Shown: positions 14,701 through 27,500 of the stretch, piece by piece | Layout: every line of letters begins with the position of its first letter | Numbering within the stretch: position 1 is the stretch's first letter | From: the human T2T-CHM13v2.0 reference genome, Homo sapiens | DNA: 64,000 nucleotides | Direction: 5' to 3' | Assembly (NCBI GenBank): GCA_009914755.4 | Contig: CP086569.2 | Span: 32,001-96,000 of the forward strand | The notes under the pieces: model-generated | Told to the model about the DNA's origin: nothing | What the model saw: only the letters and a program-made list of their open reading frames with translations | Databases searched by the model: none | Translations under genes and position numbers: made by a program

Positions 14701-17640
14701 GTCTGCATTGGGCCTAGGTCTCATTGAGGACAGATAGAGAGCACACTGTGTAACCTTTAGAGTCTGCATAGGGCCTCGGTCTCATTGAGGACCGATAGAG
14801 AGCAGACTGTGCCACCTTTAGAGTCTGCATTGGGCCTGGGTCTCATTGAGGAGAAATAGAGAGCAGACTGTGCAACCTTTAGAGTCTGCATTGGGCCTAG
14901 GTCTCATTGAGGACAGATGGAGAGCAGACTGTGCAACCTTTAGAGTCTGCATTGGGCCTAGGTCTCATTGAGGGCACATAGAGAGCAGACTGTGCAACCT
15001 TTAGAGTCTGCATTGGGCCTAGGTCTCATTGAGAGAAGATAGAGAGCATACAGTGCAACCTTTAGAGTCGGCATTGGGCCTAGGTCTCATTGAGGGCACA
15101 TAGAGAGCAGACTGTGCAACCTTTAGAGTCTGCATTGGGCCTAGGTCTCATTGAGAGAAGATAGAGAGCATACAGTGCAACCTTTAGAGTCGGCATTGGG
15201 CCTAGGTCTCATTGAGGACAGATAGAGACCAGACTGTGAAACCTTTAGAGTCTGCATTGGGCCTAGGTCTCATTGAGGACAGATAGAGAGCAGAGTAGGC
15301 AACCATTAGAGTCGGCACTGGTCCTAGGTCTCATTGAGGACAGATATAGAGCAGACTGTGCAACCTTTAGAGTCTGCATTGGGCCTGGGTCTCATTGAGG
15401 ACAGATAGAGAGCAGACTGTGCAACCTTTAGAGGCTGCACTGGGCCTAGGTCTCATTGAGGACAGATAGAGGGCAGACTGTGCAACCTTTAGAGTCTGCA
15501 TTGGGCCTAGGTCTCATTGAGGACCGATAGAGAGCAGACTGTGCAACCTTTAGAGTCTGCACTGGGCCTAGGTCTCATTGAGGGCAGATAGAGACCATAC
15601 TGTGCAACCTTTAGAGTCTGCATTGGGCCTAGGTCTCACTGAGGAGAGATAGAGAGCACACTGTGTAACCTTTAGAGACTGCATAGGGCCTCGGTCTCAT
15701 TGAGGACCGATAGAGAGCAGACTGTGCCACCTTTAGAGTCTGCATTGGGCCTGGGTCTCATTGAGGACAAATAGAGAGCAGACTGTGCAACCTTTAGAGT
15801 CTGCATTGGGCCTAGGTCTCATTGAGGACAGATGGAGAGCAGACTGTGCAACCTATAGAGTCTGCATTGGGCCTAGGTCTCATTGAGGACAGATGGAAAG
15901 CAGACTGTGCAACCTTTAGAGTCTGCATTGGACCTAGGTCTCATTGAGGACAGATAGAGAGCAGACTATGCAAACTTTAGAGGCTGGACTGAGCCTAGGT
16001 CTCATTGAGGACAGATAGAGAGCAGACTGTGCAACCTTTACAGTCTGCATTGGGCCTGGGCCTCATTCAGGACAGATAGAGACCAGACTGCGCAACCTTT
16101 AGAGTCTGCATTGGGCCTAGGTCTCATTGAGAGTAGATAGAGAGCAGACTGTGCAACCTTTAGAGTCTACATTGGGCCTAGGTCTCATTGAGGGCAGATA
16201 GAGAGCAGACTGTGCAACCTTTAGAGTCTGCACTTGGCCTAGGTCTCATTGAGGACACATAGAGAGCAGACTGTGCAACCTTTAGAGTCTGCATTGGGCC
16301 TAGGTCTCATTGAGGGCAGATAGAGAGCAGACTGTGCAAACTTTAGAGTTTGCATTGGGCCTAGGTCTCATTGAGGAGAGATAGAGAGCAGACTGTGCAA
16401 CCTTTAGAGTCTGCATTGGGCCTAGGTCTCATTGAGGACAGATGGAGAGCACACTGTGCAACCTTTAGAGTCCGCATTGGGCCTAGGTCTCATTGAGGAC
16501 AGATAGAGACCAGACTGTGCAACCTTTAGTGTTTGCATTGGGCCTAGGTCTCATTGAGGGCAGATAGAGAGCAGAATGTGCAACCCTTAGAGTCTGCATT
16601 GGGCCTAGGTCTCATTGAGGACAGATAGAGAGCAGACTGTGCAACCTTTAGAGTCTGCACTGGGCCTAGGTCTCTTTGAGGACAGACAGAGAGCAGACTG
16701 TGCAAACTTTAGAGTCTGCACTGGGCCTAGGTCTCATTGAGGACACATAGAGAGCAGACTGTGCAACCTTTAGAGTCTGCATTGGGCCTATGTCTCATTG
16801 AGGACAGTTAGAGAGCAGACTGTGCAAACTTTAGAGTCTGCATTTGGCCTACGTCTCATTGAGGACAAAAAGAGACCAGAGTGTGCAACCTTTAGAGTCG
16901 GCATTGGGACTCGGTCTCATTGAGGACAGATAGAGAGCAGACTGTAGAACCTTCATAGTCTGCATTGGGCCTAGGTCTCATTGAGGTCAGATAGAGAGCA
17001 GACTGTGCAAGCTTTAGAGTCTGCACTTGGCCTAGGTCTCATTGAGGACAGATAGAGAGCAGACTGTGCAAACTTTAGAGTCTGCATTGGGCCTAGGTCT
17101 CATTGAGGGCAGATAGAGACCAGACTATGCAACGTTTAGAGTCTGCATTGGGCCTAGGTGTCATTGAGGGCAGTTAGAGAGCAGACTGTGCAACCTTTAG
17201 AATCTGCATTGGGCCTAGGTCTCATTGAGAGCAGATAGAGAGCACACTGTGCAAACTTTAGAGTCGGCATTGGGCCTAGGTCTCATTGAGGACAGATAGA
17301 GACCGGACTGTGCAACCTTTAGAGTCTGCATTGGGCCTAGGTCTCATTGAGGACAGATAGAGAGCACACTAGGCAACCATTAGAGTCCGCACTGGTCCTA
17401 GGTCTCATTGAGGACAGATATAGAGCAGACTGTGCAACCTTTAGAGTCTGCATTGGGCCTGGGTCTCATTGAGGACAGATAGCGACCAGACTGTACAACC
17501 TTTAGAGTCTGCATTGGGCTTAGGTCTCATTGAGGGCAGTTAGAGAGCAGACTGTGCAACCTTTAGAGTCTGCATTGGGCCTAGGTCTCATTGAGAGCAG
17601 ATAGAGAGCACACTGTGCAACCTCTAGAGTCGGCATTGGG

Positions 17641-20600
17641 CCTAGGTCTCATTGAGGACAGATAGAGACCAGACTGTTGAAACTTTAGAGGCTGCATTGG
17701 GCCTAGGTCTCATTGAGGACAGATAGAGGGCAGACTGTGCAACCTTTAGAGTCTGCAATGGACCTAGGTCTCATTGAGGACAGATACGGAGCAGACTGTG
17801 CAAACTTTAAAGTCTGCACTGAGCCTAGGTCTCATTGAGGGCAGATAGAGACCAGACTGTGCAACCTTTAGAGTCTGCATTGGGTCTAGGTCTCACTGAG
17901 GCGAGATAGAGAGCAGACTTTGCAAACTTTAGAGTCTCCATTGGGTCTAGGTCTCACTGAGGACTGATAGGAGCAGACTATGCAACCTTTAGAGTCTGCA
18001 CTGGCCCTAGGTCTCATTGAGGACAGATAGAGAGCAGACTGCGCAAACTTTAGAGTCTGCATTGGGCCTAGGTCTCACTGAGGACAGATAGAGAGCACAC
18101 TGTGTAACCTTTAGAGTCTGCATAGAGCCTCGGTCTCATTGAGGACAGATAGAGAGCAGACTGTGCAACCTTTAGAGTCTCTATTGGGCCTAGATCTCAT
18201 TGAGGACAGATAGGGAGCGGACTGTGCAACCTTTAGAGTCTGCATTGGGCCTAGGTCTCATTGAGGGCAGATAGAGAGCAGGCTCGGCAACCCTTAGAGT
18301 CTGCATTGGGCCTAGATCTTATTGAGGACAGATAGTGAGCATACTATGCAACCTTGAGAGTCTGCACTGGGCCTAGGTCTCATTGAGGACACATAGAGAG
18401 CAGACTGTGCAACCTTTAGAGTCTGCATTGGGCCTATGTCTCATTGAGGACAGTTAGAGAGCAGACTGTGCAACCTTTAGAGTCTGCATTTGGCCTAGGT
18501 CTCATTGAGGACAGAAAGAGACCAGAGTGTGCAACCTTTAGAGTTTGCATTGGGCCTAGGTCTCATTGAGGACAGATAGAGAGCAGACTGTAGAACCTTT
18601 ATAGTCTGCATTGGGCCTAGGTCTCATTGAGGTCAGATAGAGAGCAGACTGTGCAAGCTTTAGAGTCTACACTTGGCCTAGGTCTCATTGAGGACAGATA
18701 GAGAACAGACTGTGCAAACTTTAGAGTCTGCATTGGGCCTAGGTCTCATTGAGGGCAGTTAGAGAGCAGACTGTGCAACCTTTAGAGTCTGCATTGGGCC
18801 TAGGTCTCATTGAGAGCAGATAGAGAGCACACTGTGCAACCTCTAGAGTCGGCATTGGGCCTAGGTCTCATTGAGGACAGATAGAGACCAGACTGTGCAA
18901 ACTTTAGAGTCTGCATTGGGCCTAGGTCTCATTGAGGACAGATAGAGGGCAGACTGTGCAACGTTTAGAGTCTGCATTGGGCCTAGGTCTCATTGAGGAC
19001 AGATAGAGAGCAGACTGTGAAACCTTTAGAGTCTGCACTGGGCCTAGGTCTCATTGAGGGCAGACAGAGACCATACTGTGCAACCTTTAGAGTCTGCATT
19101 GGGTCTAGGTCTCACTGAGGAGAGATAGAGAGCAGACTTTGCAAACTTTAGAGTCTACATTAGGTCTACGTCTCACTGAGGACTGATAGAGAGCAGACTA
19201 TGCAACCTTTAGAGTCTGCACTGGCCCTAGGTCTCATTGAGGACACATAGAGAGCAGACTGCGCAAACTTTAGAGTTTGCATTGGGCCTAGGTCTCACTG
19301 AGGACAGATAGAGAGCACACTGTGTAACCTTTAGAGTCTGCGTAGGGCCTCGGTCTCATTGAGGACCGATAGAGAGCAGACTGTGCCACCTTTAGAGTCT
19401 GCATTGGGCCTGGGTCTCATGGAGGAGAAATAGAGAGCAGACTGTGCAACCTTTAGAGTCTGCATTGGGCCTAGGTCTCATTGAGGACAGATGGAGAGCA
19501 GACTGTGCAACCTTTAGAGTCTGCATTGGGTCTATGTCTCATTGAGGGCAGATAGAGACCAGACTGTGCAACCTTTAGAGTTTGCATTGGGCCTAGGTCT
19601 CATTGAGGGCAGATAGAGAGCAGACTGTGCCACCTTTAGAGTCTACATTGGGCCTAGGTCTCATTGAGGACAGATAGAGAGCAGACTGTGCAACCTTTAT
19701 AGTCTGCACTGGGCCTAGGTCTCTTTGAGGACAGACAGAGAGCAGACTGTGCAAACTTTAGAGTCTGCACTGGGCCTAGGTGTCATTGAGGACAGATAGA
19801 GACCAGACTGTGCAACCTTTAGAGTCTGCATTGGGCCTAGGTCTCCTTGAGGTCAGATAGGCAGCAGACTGTGCAACCTTTAGAGTCTGCATTGGGTCTA
19901 GGTCTAATTGCGGACAGATGGAGAGCAGACTATGCAAAGTTTACAGTCTGCATTGGGCCTGGGTCTCATTGAGGACAGATAGAGAGCAGACTGTGCAACC
20001 TTTAGAGTCTCTATTGGGCCTAGGTCTCATTGAGGACAGATAGAGAGCAGACTGTGCAACCTTTAGAGTCTGCATTGGGCCTAGGTCTCATTGAGGGCAG
20101 ATAGAGAGCAGGCTCGGCAACCCTTAGAGTCTGCGTTGGGCTTAGATCTCATTGAGGACAGATAGAGAGCATACTATGCAACCTTTAGAGTCTGCACTGG
20201 GCCTAGGTCTCATTGAGGACACATAGAGAGCAGACTGTGGAACCTTTAGAGTCTGCATTGGGCCTATGTCTCAATGAGGACAGTTAGAGAGCAGACTGTG
20301 CAACCTTTAGAGTCTGCATTGGGCCTAGGTCTCATTGAGGACAGATAGAGAGCAGACTGTAGAACCTTTATAGTCTGCATTGGGCCTAGGTCTCATTGAG
20401 GTCAGATAGAGAGCAGACTGTGCAAGCTTTAGAGTCTGCACTTGGCCTAGGTCTCATTGAGGACAGATAGAGAGCAGACTGTGCAACCTTTAGAGTCTGC
20501 ATTGGGCCTAGGTCTTATTGAGGGCAGATAGAGACCAGACTATGCAACGTTTAGAGTCTGCATTGGGCCTAGGTGTCATTGAGGGCAGTTAGAGAGCAGA

Positions 20601-23600
20601 CTGTGCAACCTTTAGAATCTGCATTGGGCCTAGGTCTCATTGAGAGCAGATAGAGAGCACACTGTGCAAACTTTAGAGTCGGCATTGGGCCTAGGTCTCA
20701 TTGAGGACAGATAGAGACCGGACTGTGCAACCTTTAGAGTCTGCATTGGGCCTAGGTCTCATTGAGGACAGATAGAGAGCACACTAGGCAACCATTAGAG
20801 TCCGCACTGGTCCTAGGTCTCATTGAGGACAGATATAGAGCAGACTGTGCAACCTTTAGAGTCTGCATTGGGCCTGGGTCTCATTGAGGACAGATAGCGA
20901 CCAGACTGTACAACCTTTAGAGTCTGCATTGGGCTTAGGTCTCATTGAGGGCAGTTAGAGAGCAGACTGTGCAACCTTTAGAGTCTGCATTGGGCCTAGG
21001 TCTCATTGAGAGCAGATAGAGAGCACACTGTGCAACCTCTAGAGTCGGCATTGGGCCTAGGTCTCATTGAGGACAGATAGAGACCAGACTGTTGAAACTT
21101 TAGAGGCTGCATTGGGCCTAGGTCTCATTGAGGACAGATAGAGGGCAGACTGTGCAACCTTTAGAGTCTGCAATGGACCTAGGTCTCATTGAGGACAGAT
21201 ACGGAGCAGACTGTGCAAACTTTAAAGTCTGCACTGAGCCTAGGTCTCATTGAGGGCAGATAGAGACCAGACTGTGCAACCTTTAGAGTCTGCATTGGGT
21301 CTAGGTCTCACTGAGGCGAGATAGAGAGCAGACTTTGCAAACTTTAGAGTCTCCATTGGGTCTAGGTCTCACTGAGGACTGATAGGAGCAGACTATGCAA
21401 CCTTTAGAGTCTGCACTGGCCCTAGGTCTCATTGAGGACAGATAGAGAGCAGACTGCGCAAACTTTAGAGTCTGCATTGGGCCTAGGTCTCACTGAGGAC
21501 AGATAGAGAGCACACTGTGTAACCTTTAGAGTCTGCATAGAGCCTCGGTCTCATTGAGGACAGATAGAGAGCAGACTGTGCAACCTTTAGAGTCTCTATT
21601 GGGCCTAGATCTCATTGAGGACAGATAGGGAGCGGACTGTGCAACCTTTAGAGTCTGCATTGGGCCTAGGTCTCATTGAGGGCAGATAGAGAGCAGGCTC
21701 GGCAACCCTTAGAGTCTGCATTGGGCCTAGATCTTATTGAGGACAGATAGTGAGCATACTATGCAACCTTGAGAGTCTGCACTGGGCCTAGGTCTCATTG
21801 AGGACACATAGAGAGCAGACTGTGCAACCTTTAGAGTCTGCATTGGGCCTATGTCTCATTGAGGACAGTTAGAGAGCAGACTGTGCAACCTTTAGAGTCT
21901 GCATTTGGCCTAGGTCTCATTGAGGACAGAAAGAGACCAGAGTGTGCAACCTTTAGAGTTTGCATTGGGCCTAGGTCTCATTGAGGACAGATAGAGAGCA
22001 GACTGTAGAACCTTTATAGTCTGCATTGGGCCTAGGTCTCATTGAGGTCAGATAGAGAGCAGACTGTGCAAGCTTTAGAGTCTACACTTGGCCTAGGTCT
22101 CATTGAGGACAGATAGAGAACAGACTGTGCAAACTTTAGAGTCTGCATTGGGCCTAGGTCTCATTGAGGGCAGTTAGAGAGCAGACTGTGCAACCTTTAG
22201 AGTCTGCATTGGGCCTAGGTCTCATTGAGAGCAGATAGAGAGCACACTGTGCAACCTCTAGAGTCGGCATTGGGCCTAGGTCTCATTGAGGACAGATAGA
22301 GACCAGACTGTGCAAACTTTAGAGTCTGCATTGGGCCTAGGTCTCATTGAGGACAGATAGAGGGCAGACTGTGCAACGTTTAGAGTCTGCATTGGGCCTA
22401 GGTCTCATTGAGGACAGATAGAGAGCAGACTGTGAAACCTTTAGAGTCTGCACTGGGCCTAGGTCTCATTGAGGGCAGACAGAGACCATACTGTGCAACC
22501 TTTAGAGTCTGCATTGGGTCTAGGTCTCACTGAGGAGAGATAGAGAGCAGACTTTGCAAACTTTAGAGTCTACATTAGGTCTACGTCTCACTGAGGACTG
22601 ATAGAGAGCAGACTATGCAACCTTTAGAGTCTGCACTGGCCCTAGGTCTCATTGAGGACACATAGAGAGCAGACTGCGCAAACTTTAGAGTTTGCATTGG
22701 GCCTAGGTCTCACTGAGGACAGATAGAGAGCACACTGTGTAACCTTTAGAGTCTGCGTAGGGCCTCGGTCTCATTGAGGACCGATAGAGAGCAGACTGTG
22801 CCACCTTTAGAGTCTGCATTGGGCCTGGGTCTCATGGAGGAGAAATAGAGAGCAGACTGTGCAACCTTTAGAGTCTGCATTGGGCCTAGGTCTCATTGAG
22901 GACAGATGGAGAGCAGACTGTGCAACCTTTAGAGTCTGCATTGGGTCTATGTCTCATTGAGGGCAGATAGAGACCAGACTGTGCAACCTTTAGAGTTTGC
23001 ATTGGGCCTAGGTCTCATTGAGGGCAGATAGAGAGCAGACTGTGCCACCTTTAGAGTCTACATTGGGCCTAGGTCTCATTGAGGACAGATAGAGAGCAGA
23101 CTGTGCAACCTTTATAGTCTGCACTGGGCCTAGGTCTCTTTGAGGACAGACAGAGAGCAGACTGTGCAAACTTTAGAGTCTGCACTGGGCCTAGGTGTCA
23201 TTGAGGACAGATAGAGACCAGACTGTGCAACCTTTAGAGTCTGCATTGGGCCTAGGTCTCCTTGAGGTCAGATAGGCAGCAGACTGTGCAACCTTTAGAG
23301 TCTGCATTGGGTCTAGGTCTAATTGCGGACAGATGGAGAGCAGACTATGCAAAGTTTACAGTCTGCATTGGGCCTGGGTCTCATTGAGGACAGATAGAGA
23401 GCAGACTGTGCAACCTTTAGAGTCTCTATTGGGCCTAGGTCTCATTGAGGACAGATAGAGAGCAGACTGTGCAACCTTTAGAGTCTGCATTGGGCCTAGG
23501 TCTCATTGAGGGCAGATAGAGAGCAGGCTCGGCAACCCTTAGAGTCTGCGTTGGGCTTAGATCTCATTGAGGACAGATAGAGAGCATACTATGCAACCTT

Positions 23601-24480
23601 TAGAGTCTGCACTGGGCCTAGGTCTCATTGAGGACACATAGAGAGCAGACTGTGGAACCTTTAGAGTCTGCATTGGGCCTATGTCTCAATGAGGACAGTT
23701 AGAGAGCAGACTGTGCAACCTTTAGAGTCTGCATTGGGCCTAGGTCTCATTGAGGACAGATAGAGAGCAGACTGTAGAACCTTTATAGTCTGCATTGGGC
23801 CTAGGTCTCATTGAGGTCAGATAGAGAGCAGACTGTGCAAGCTTTAGAGTCTGCACTTGGCCTAGGTCTCATTGAGGACAGATAGAGAGCAGACTGTGCA
23901 ACCTTTAGAGTCTGCATTGGGCCTAGGTCTTATTGAGGGCAGATAGAGACCAGACTATGCAACGTTTAGAGTCTGCATTGGGCCTAGGTGTCATTGAGGG
24001 CAGTTAGAGAGCAGACTGTGCTACCTTTAGAGTCTGCATTAGGCCTAGGTCTCATTGAGAGCAGATAGAGAGCACACTGTGCAAACTTTAGAGTCGGCAT
24101 TGGGCCTAGGTCTCATTGAGGACAGATAGAGACCGGACTGTGCAACCTTTAGAGTCTGCATTGGGCCTAGGTCTCATTGAGGACAGATAAAGAGCAGACT
24201 AGGCAACCATTAGAGTCGGCACTGGTCCTAAGTCTCATTGAGGACAGATATAGAGGAGACTGTGTAACCTTTAGAGTCTGCATTGGGCCTGGGTCTCATT
24301 GAGGACAGATAGCGACCAGACTGTGCAACCTTTAGAGTCTGCATTGGGTCTAGGTCTCATTGAGGGCAGTTAGAGAGCAGACTGTGCCACCTTTAGAGTC
24401 TGCATTGGGCCTAGGTCTCATCGACAGCAGATAGAGAGCACACTGTGCAACCTCTAGAGTCGGCATTGGGCCTAGGTCTC
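17641..24480. repeat. Tandem duplication of a ~3,415-bp higher-order block (17641-21060 and 21061-24480, about 56 units each)
   Basis: The diagnostic variant string GTTGAAACTTTAGAGGCTGCATTGGG ... CTGCAATGGACCTAGG ... GATACGGAGCAG occurs at 17676/17756 and again at 21091/21171, offset 3,415 bp. Confidence 0.8.
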
Positions 24481-24599
24481 ATTGAGGACAGATAGAGACC
24501 AGACTGTTAAAACTTTAGAGTCTGCATTGGGCCTAGGTCTAATTGAGGACAGATAGAGGGCAGACTGTGCAACCTTTAGAGTCTGCATTGGGCCTAGGT

Positions 24600-27500
24600 C
24601 TCATTGAGGGCAGATAGAGAGCAGGCTCGGGAACCCTTAGAGTCTGCATTGGGCCTAGATCTCATTGAGGACAGATAGAGAGCATACTATGCAACCTTTA
24701 GAGTCTGCATTGGGCCTAGGTCTCATTGAGAGCACATAGAGAGCAGACTGTGCAACCTTTAGAGTCTGCATTGGGCCTATGTCTCATTGAGGACAGTTAG
24801 AGAGCAGGCTGTGCAACCTTTACAGTCTGCATTTGGCCTAGGTCTCATTGAGGACAGAAAGAGACCAGAGTGCGCAAACTTTAGAGTCTGCATTGGGCCT
24901 AGGTCTCATTGAGGACAGATAGAGAGCAGACTGTAGAACCTTTATAGTCTGCATTGGGCCTAGGTCTCATTGAGGTCAGATAGAGAGCAGACTGTGCAAG
25001 CTTTAGAGTCTGCACTTGGCCTAGGTCTCATTGAGGACAGATAGAGAACAGACTGTGCAACCTTTAGAGTCTGCATTGGGCCTAGGTCTCATTGAGGGCA
25101 GTTAGAGAGCAGACTGTGCAACCTTTAGAGTCTGCATTGGGCCTAGGTCTCATTGAGAGCAGATAGAGAGCACACTGTGCAACCTCTAGAGTCGGCATTG
25201 GGCCTAGGTCTCATTGAGGACAGATAGAGACCAGACTGTGCAAACTTTAGAGTCTGCATTGGGCCTAGGTCTCATTGAGGACAGATAGAGGGCAGACTGT
25301 GCAACCTTTAGAGTCTGCATTGAGCCTAGGTCTCATTGAGGACAGATAGAGAGCAGACTGTGCAACCTTTCGAGTCTGCACTGGGCCTAGGTCTCATTGA
25401 GGGCATATAGAGACCATACTGTGCAAACTTTAGAGTCTGCATTGGGTCTAGGTCTCACTGAGGAGAGATAGAGAGCAGACTTTGCAAACTTTAGAGTCTG
25501 CATTAGGTCTAGGTCTCACTGAGGACTGATAGAGAGCAGACTATGCAACTTTAGAGTCTGCACTGGCCCTAGGTCTCATTGAGGACAGATAGAGAGCAGA
25601 CTGCGCAAACTTTAGAGTCTGCATTGGGTCTAGGTCTCATTGAGGACAGATAGAGAGCACACTGTGTAACCTTTAGAGTCTGCATAGAGCCTCGGTCTCA
25701 TTGAGGACCGATAGAGAGCAGACTGTGCCACCTTTAGAGTCTGCATTGGGCCTGGGTCTCACTGAGGAGAAATAGAGAGCAGACTGTGCAACCTTTAGAG
25801 TCTGCATTGGGCCTAGGTCTCATTGAGGACAGATGGAGAGCAGACTGTGCAACCTTTAGAGTCTGCATTGGGCCTAGGTCTCATTGAGGGCAGATAGAGA
25901 GCAGACTGTGCAACCTTTAGAGTCTGCATTGGGCCTAGGTCTCATTGAGAGCAGATAGAGAGCATACTGTGCAACCTTTAGAGTCGGCATTGGGCCTAGG
26001 TCTCATTGAGGACAGATAGAGACCAGACTGTGCAACCTTTAGAGTCTGCATTGGGCCTAGGTCTCATTGAGGACAGATAGAGAGCAGACTATGCAACCAT
26101 TAGAGTCGACACTGGTCCTAGGTCTCATTGAGGACAGATATAGAGCAGACTGTGCAACCTTTAGAGTCTGCATTGTGCATGGGTCTCATTGAGGACAGAT
26201 AGAGAGCAGACTAGGCAACCATTAGAGTCGACACTGGTCCTAGGTCTAATTGAGGACAGATATAGTGCAGACTGTGCAACCTTTAGAGTCTGCATTGGGC
26301 CTGGGTCTCATTGAGGACAGATAGAGACCAGACTGTGCAACCTTTAGAGTCTGCACTGGGCCTAGGTCTCATTGAGGACAGATAGAGGGCAGACTGTGCA
26401 ACCTTTAGAGTCTGCATTGGGCCTAGGTCTCATTGAGGACAGATAGAGAGCAGACTGTGCAACCTTTAGAGTCTGCACTGGGCCTAGGTCTCATTGAGGG
26501 CAGATAGAGACCATACTGTGCAACCTTTAGAATCTGCATTGGGTCTAGGTCTCACTGAGGAGAGATAGAGAGCAGACTTTGCAAACTTTAGAGTCTGCAT
26601 TGGGTCTAGGTCTCACTGAGGACTGATAGAGAGCAGACTATGCAACCTTTAGAGTCTGCACTGGCACTAGGTCTCATTGAGGACAGATACAGAGCAGACT
26701 GCGCAAACTTTAGAGTCTGCATTGGGCCTAGGTCTCATTGAGGACAGATAGAGAGCACACTGTGTAACCTTTAGAGTCTGCATAGGGCCTCGGTCTCTAT
26801 GAGGACCGATAGAGAGCAGACTGTGCAACCTTTAGAGTCTGCATTGGGCCTGGGTCTCATTGAGGACAAATAGAGAGCAGACTGTGCAACCTTTAGAGTC
26901 TGCATTGGGCCTAGGTCTCATTGAGGAGAGATGGAGAGCAGACTGTGCAACCTTTAGAGTCTGCATTGGGCCTAGGTCTCATTGAGAGCAGATAGAGAGC
27001 AGAGTGTGCAACCTTTAGAGTCTGCATTGGGCCTAGGTCTCATTGAGGGCAGATAGAGACCAGACTGTGCAACCTTTAGAGTCTGCATTGGGCCTAGGTC
27101 TCATTGAGAGCAGATAGAGAGCAGACTGTGCAACCTTTAGAGTCTGCATTGAGCCTAGGTCTCATTGAGGAGAGATAGAGAGCAGACTGTGCAACCTTTA
27201 GAGTCTGCATTGGGCCTAGGTCTCATTGAGGACAGATGGAGAGCACACTGTGCAACCTTTAGAGTCCGCATTGGGCCTAGGTGTCATTGAGGACAGATAG
27301 AGACCAGACTGTGCAACCTTTAGAGTCTGCATTGGGCCTAGGTCTCCTTGAGGTCAGATAGACAGCAGACTCTGCAACCTTTAGAGTCTGCATTGGGCCT
27401 AGGTCTAATTGCGGACAGATAGACAGCAGACTGTGCAACGTTTAGAGTCTGCATTGGGCCTAGGTCTAATTGCGGACAGATAGAGAGCAGACTATGCAAC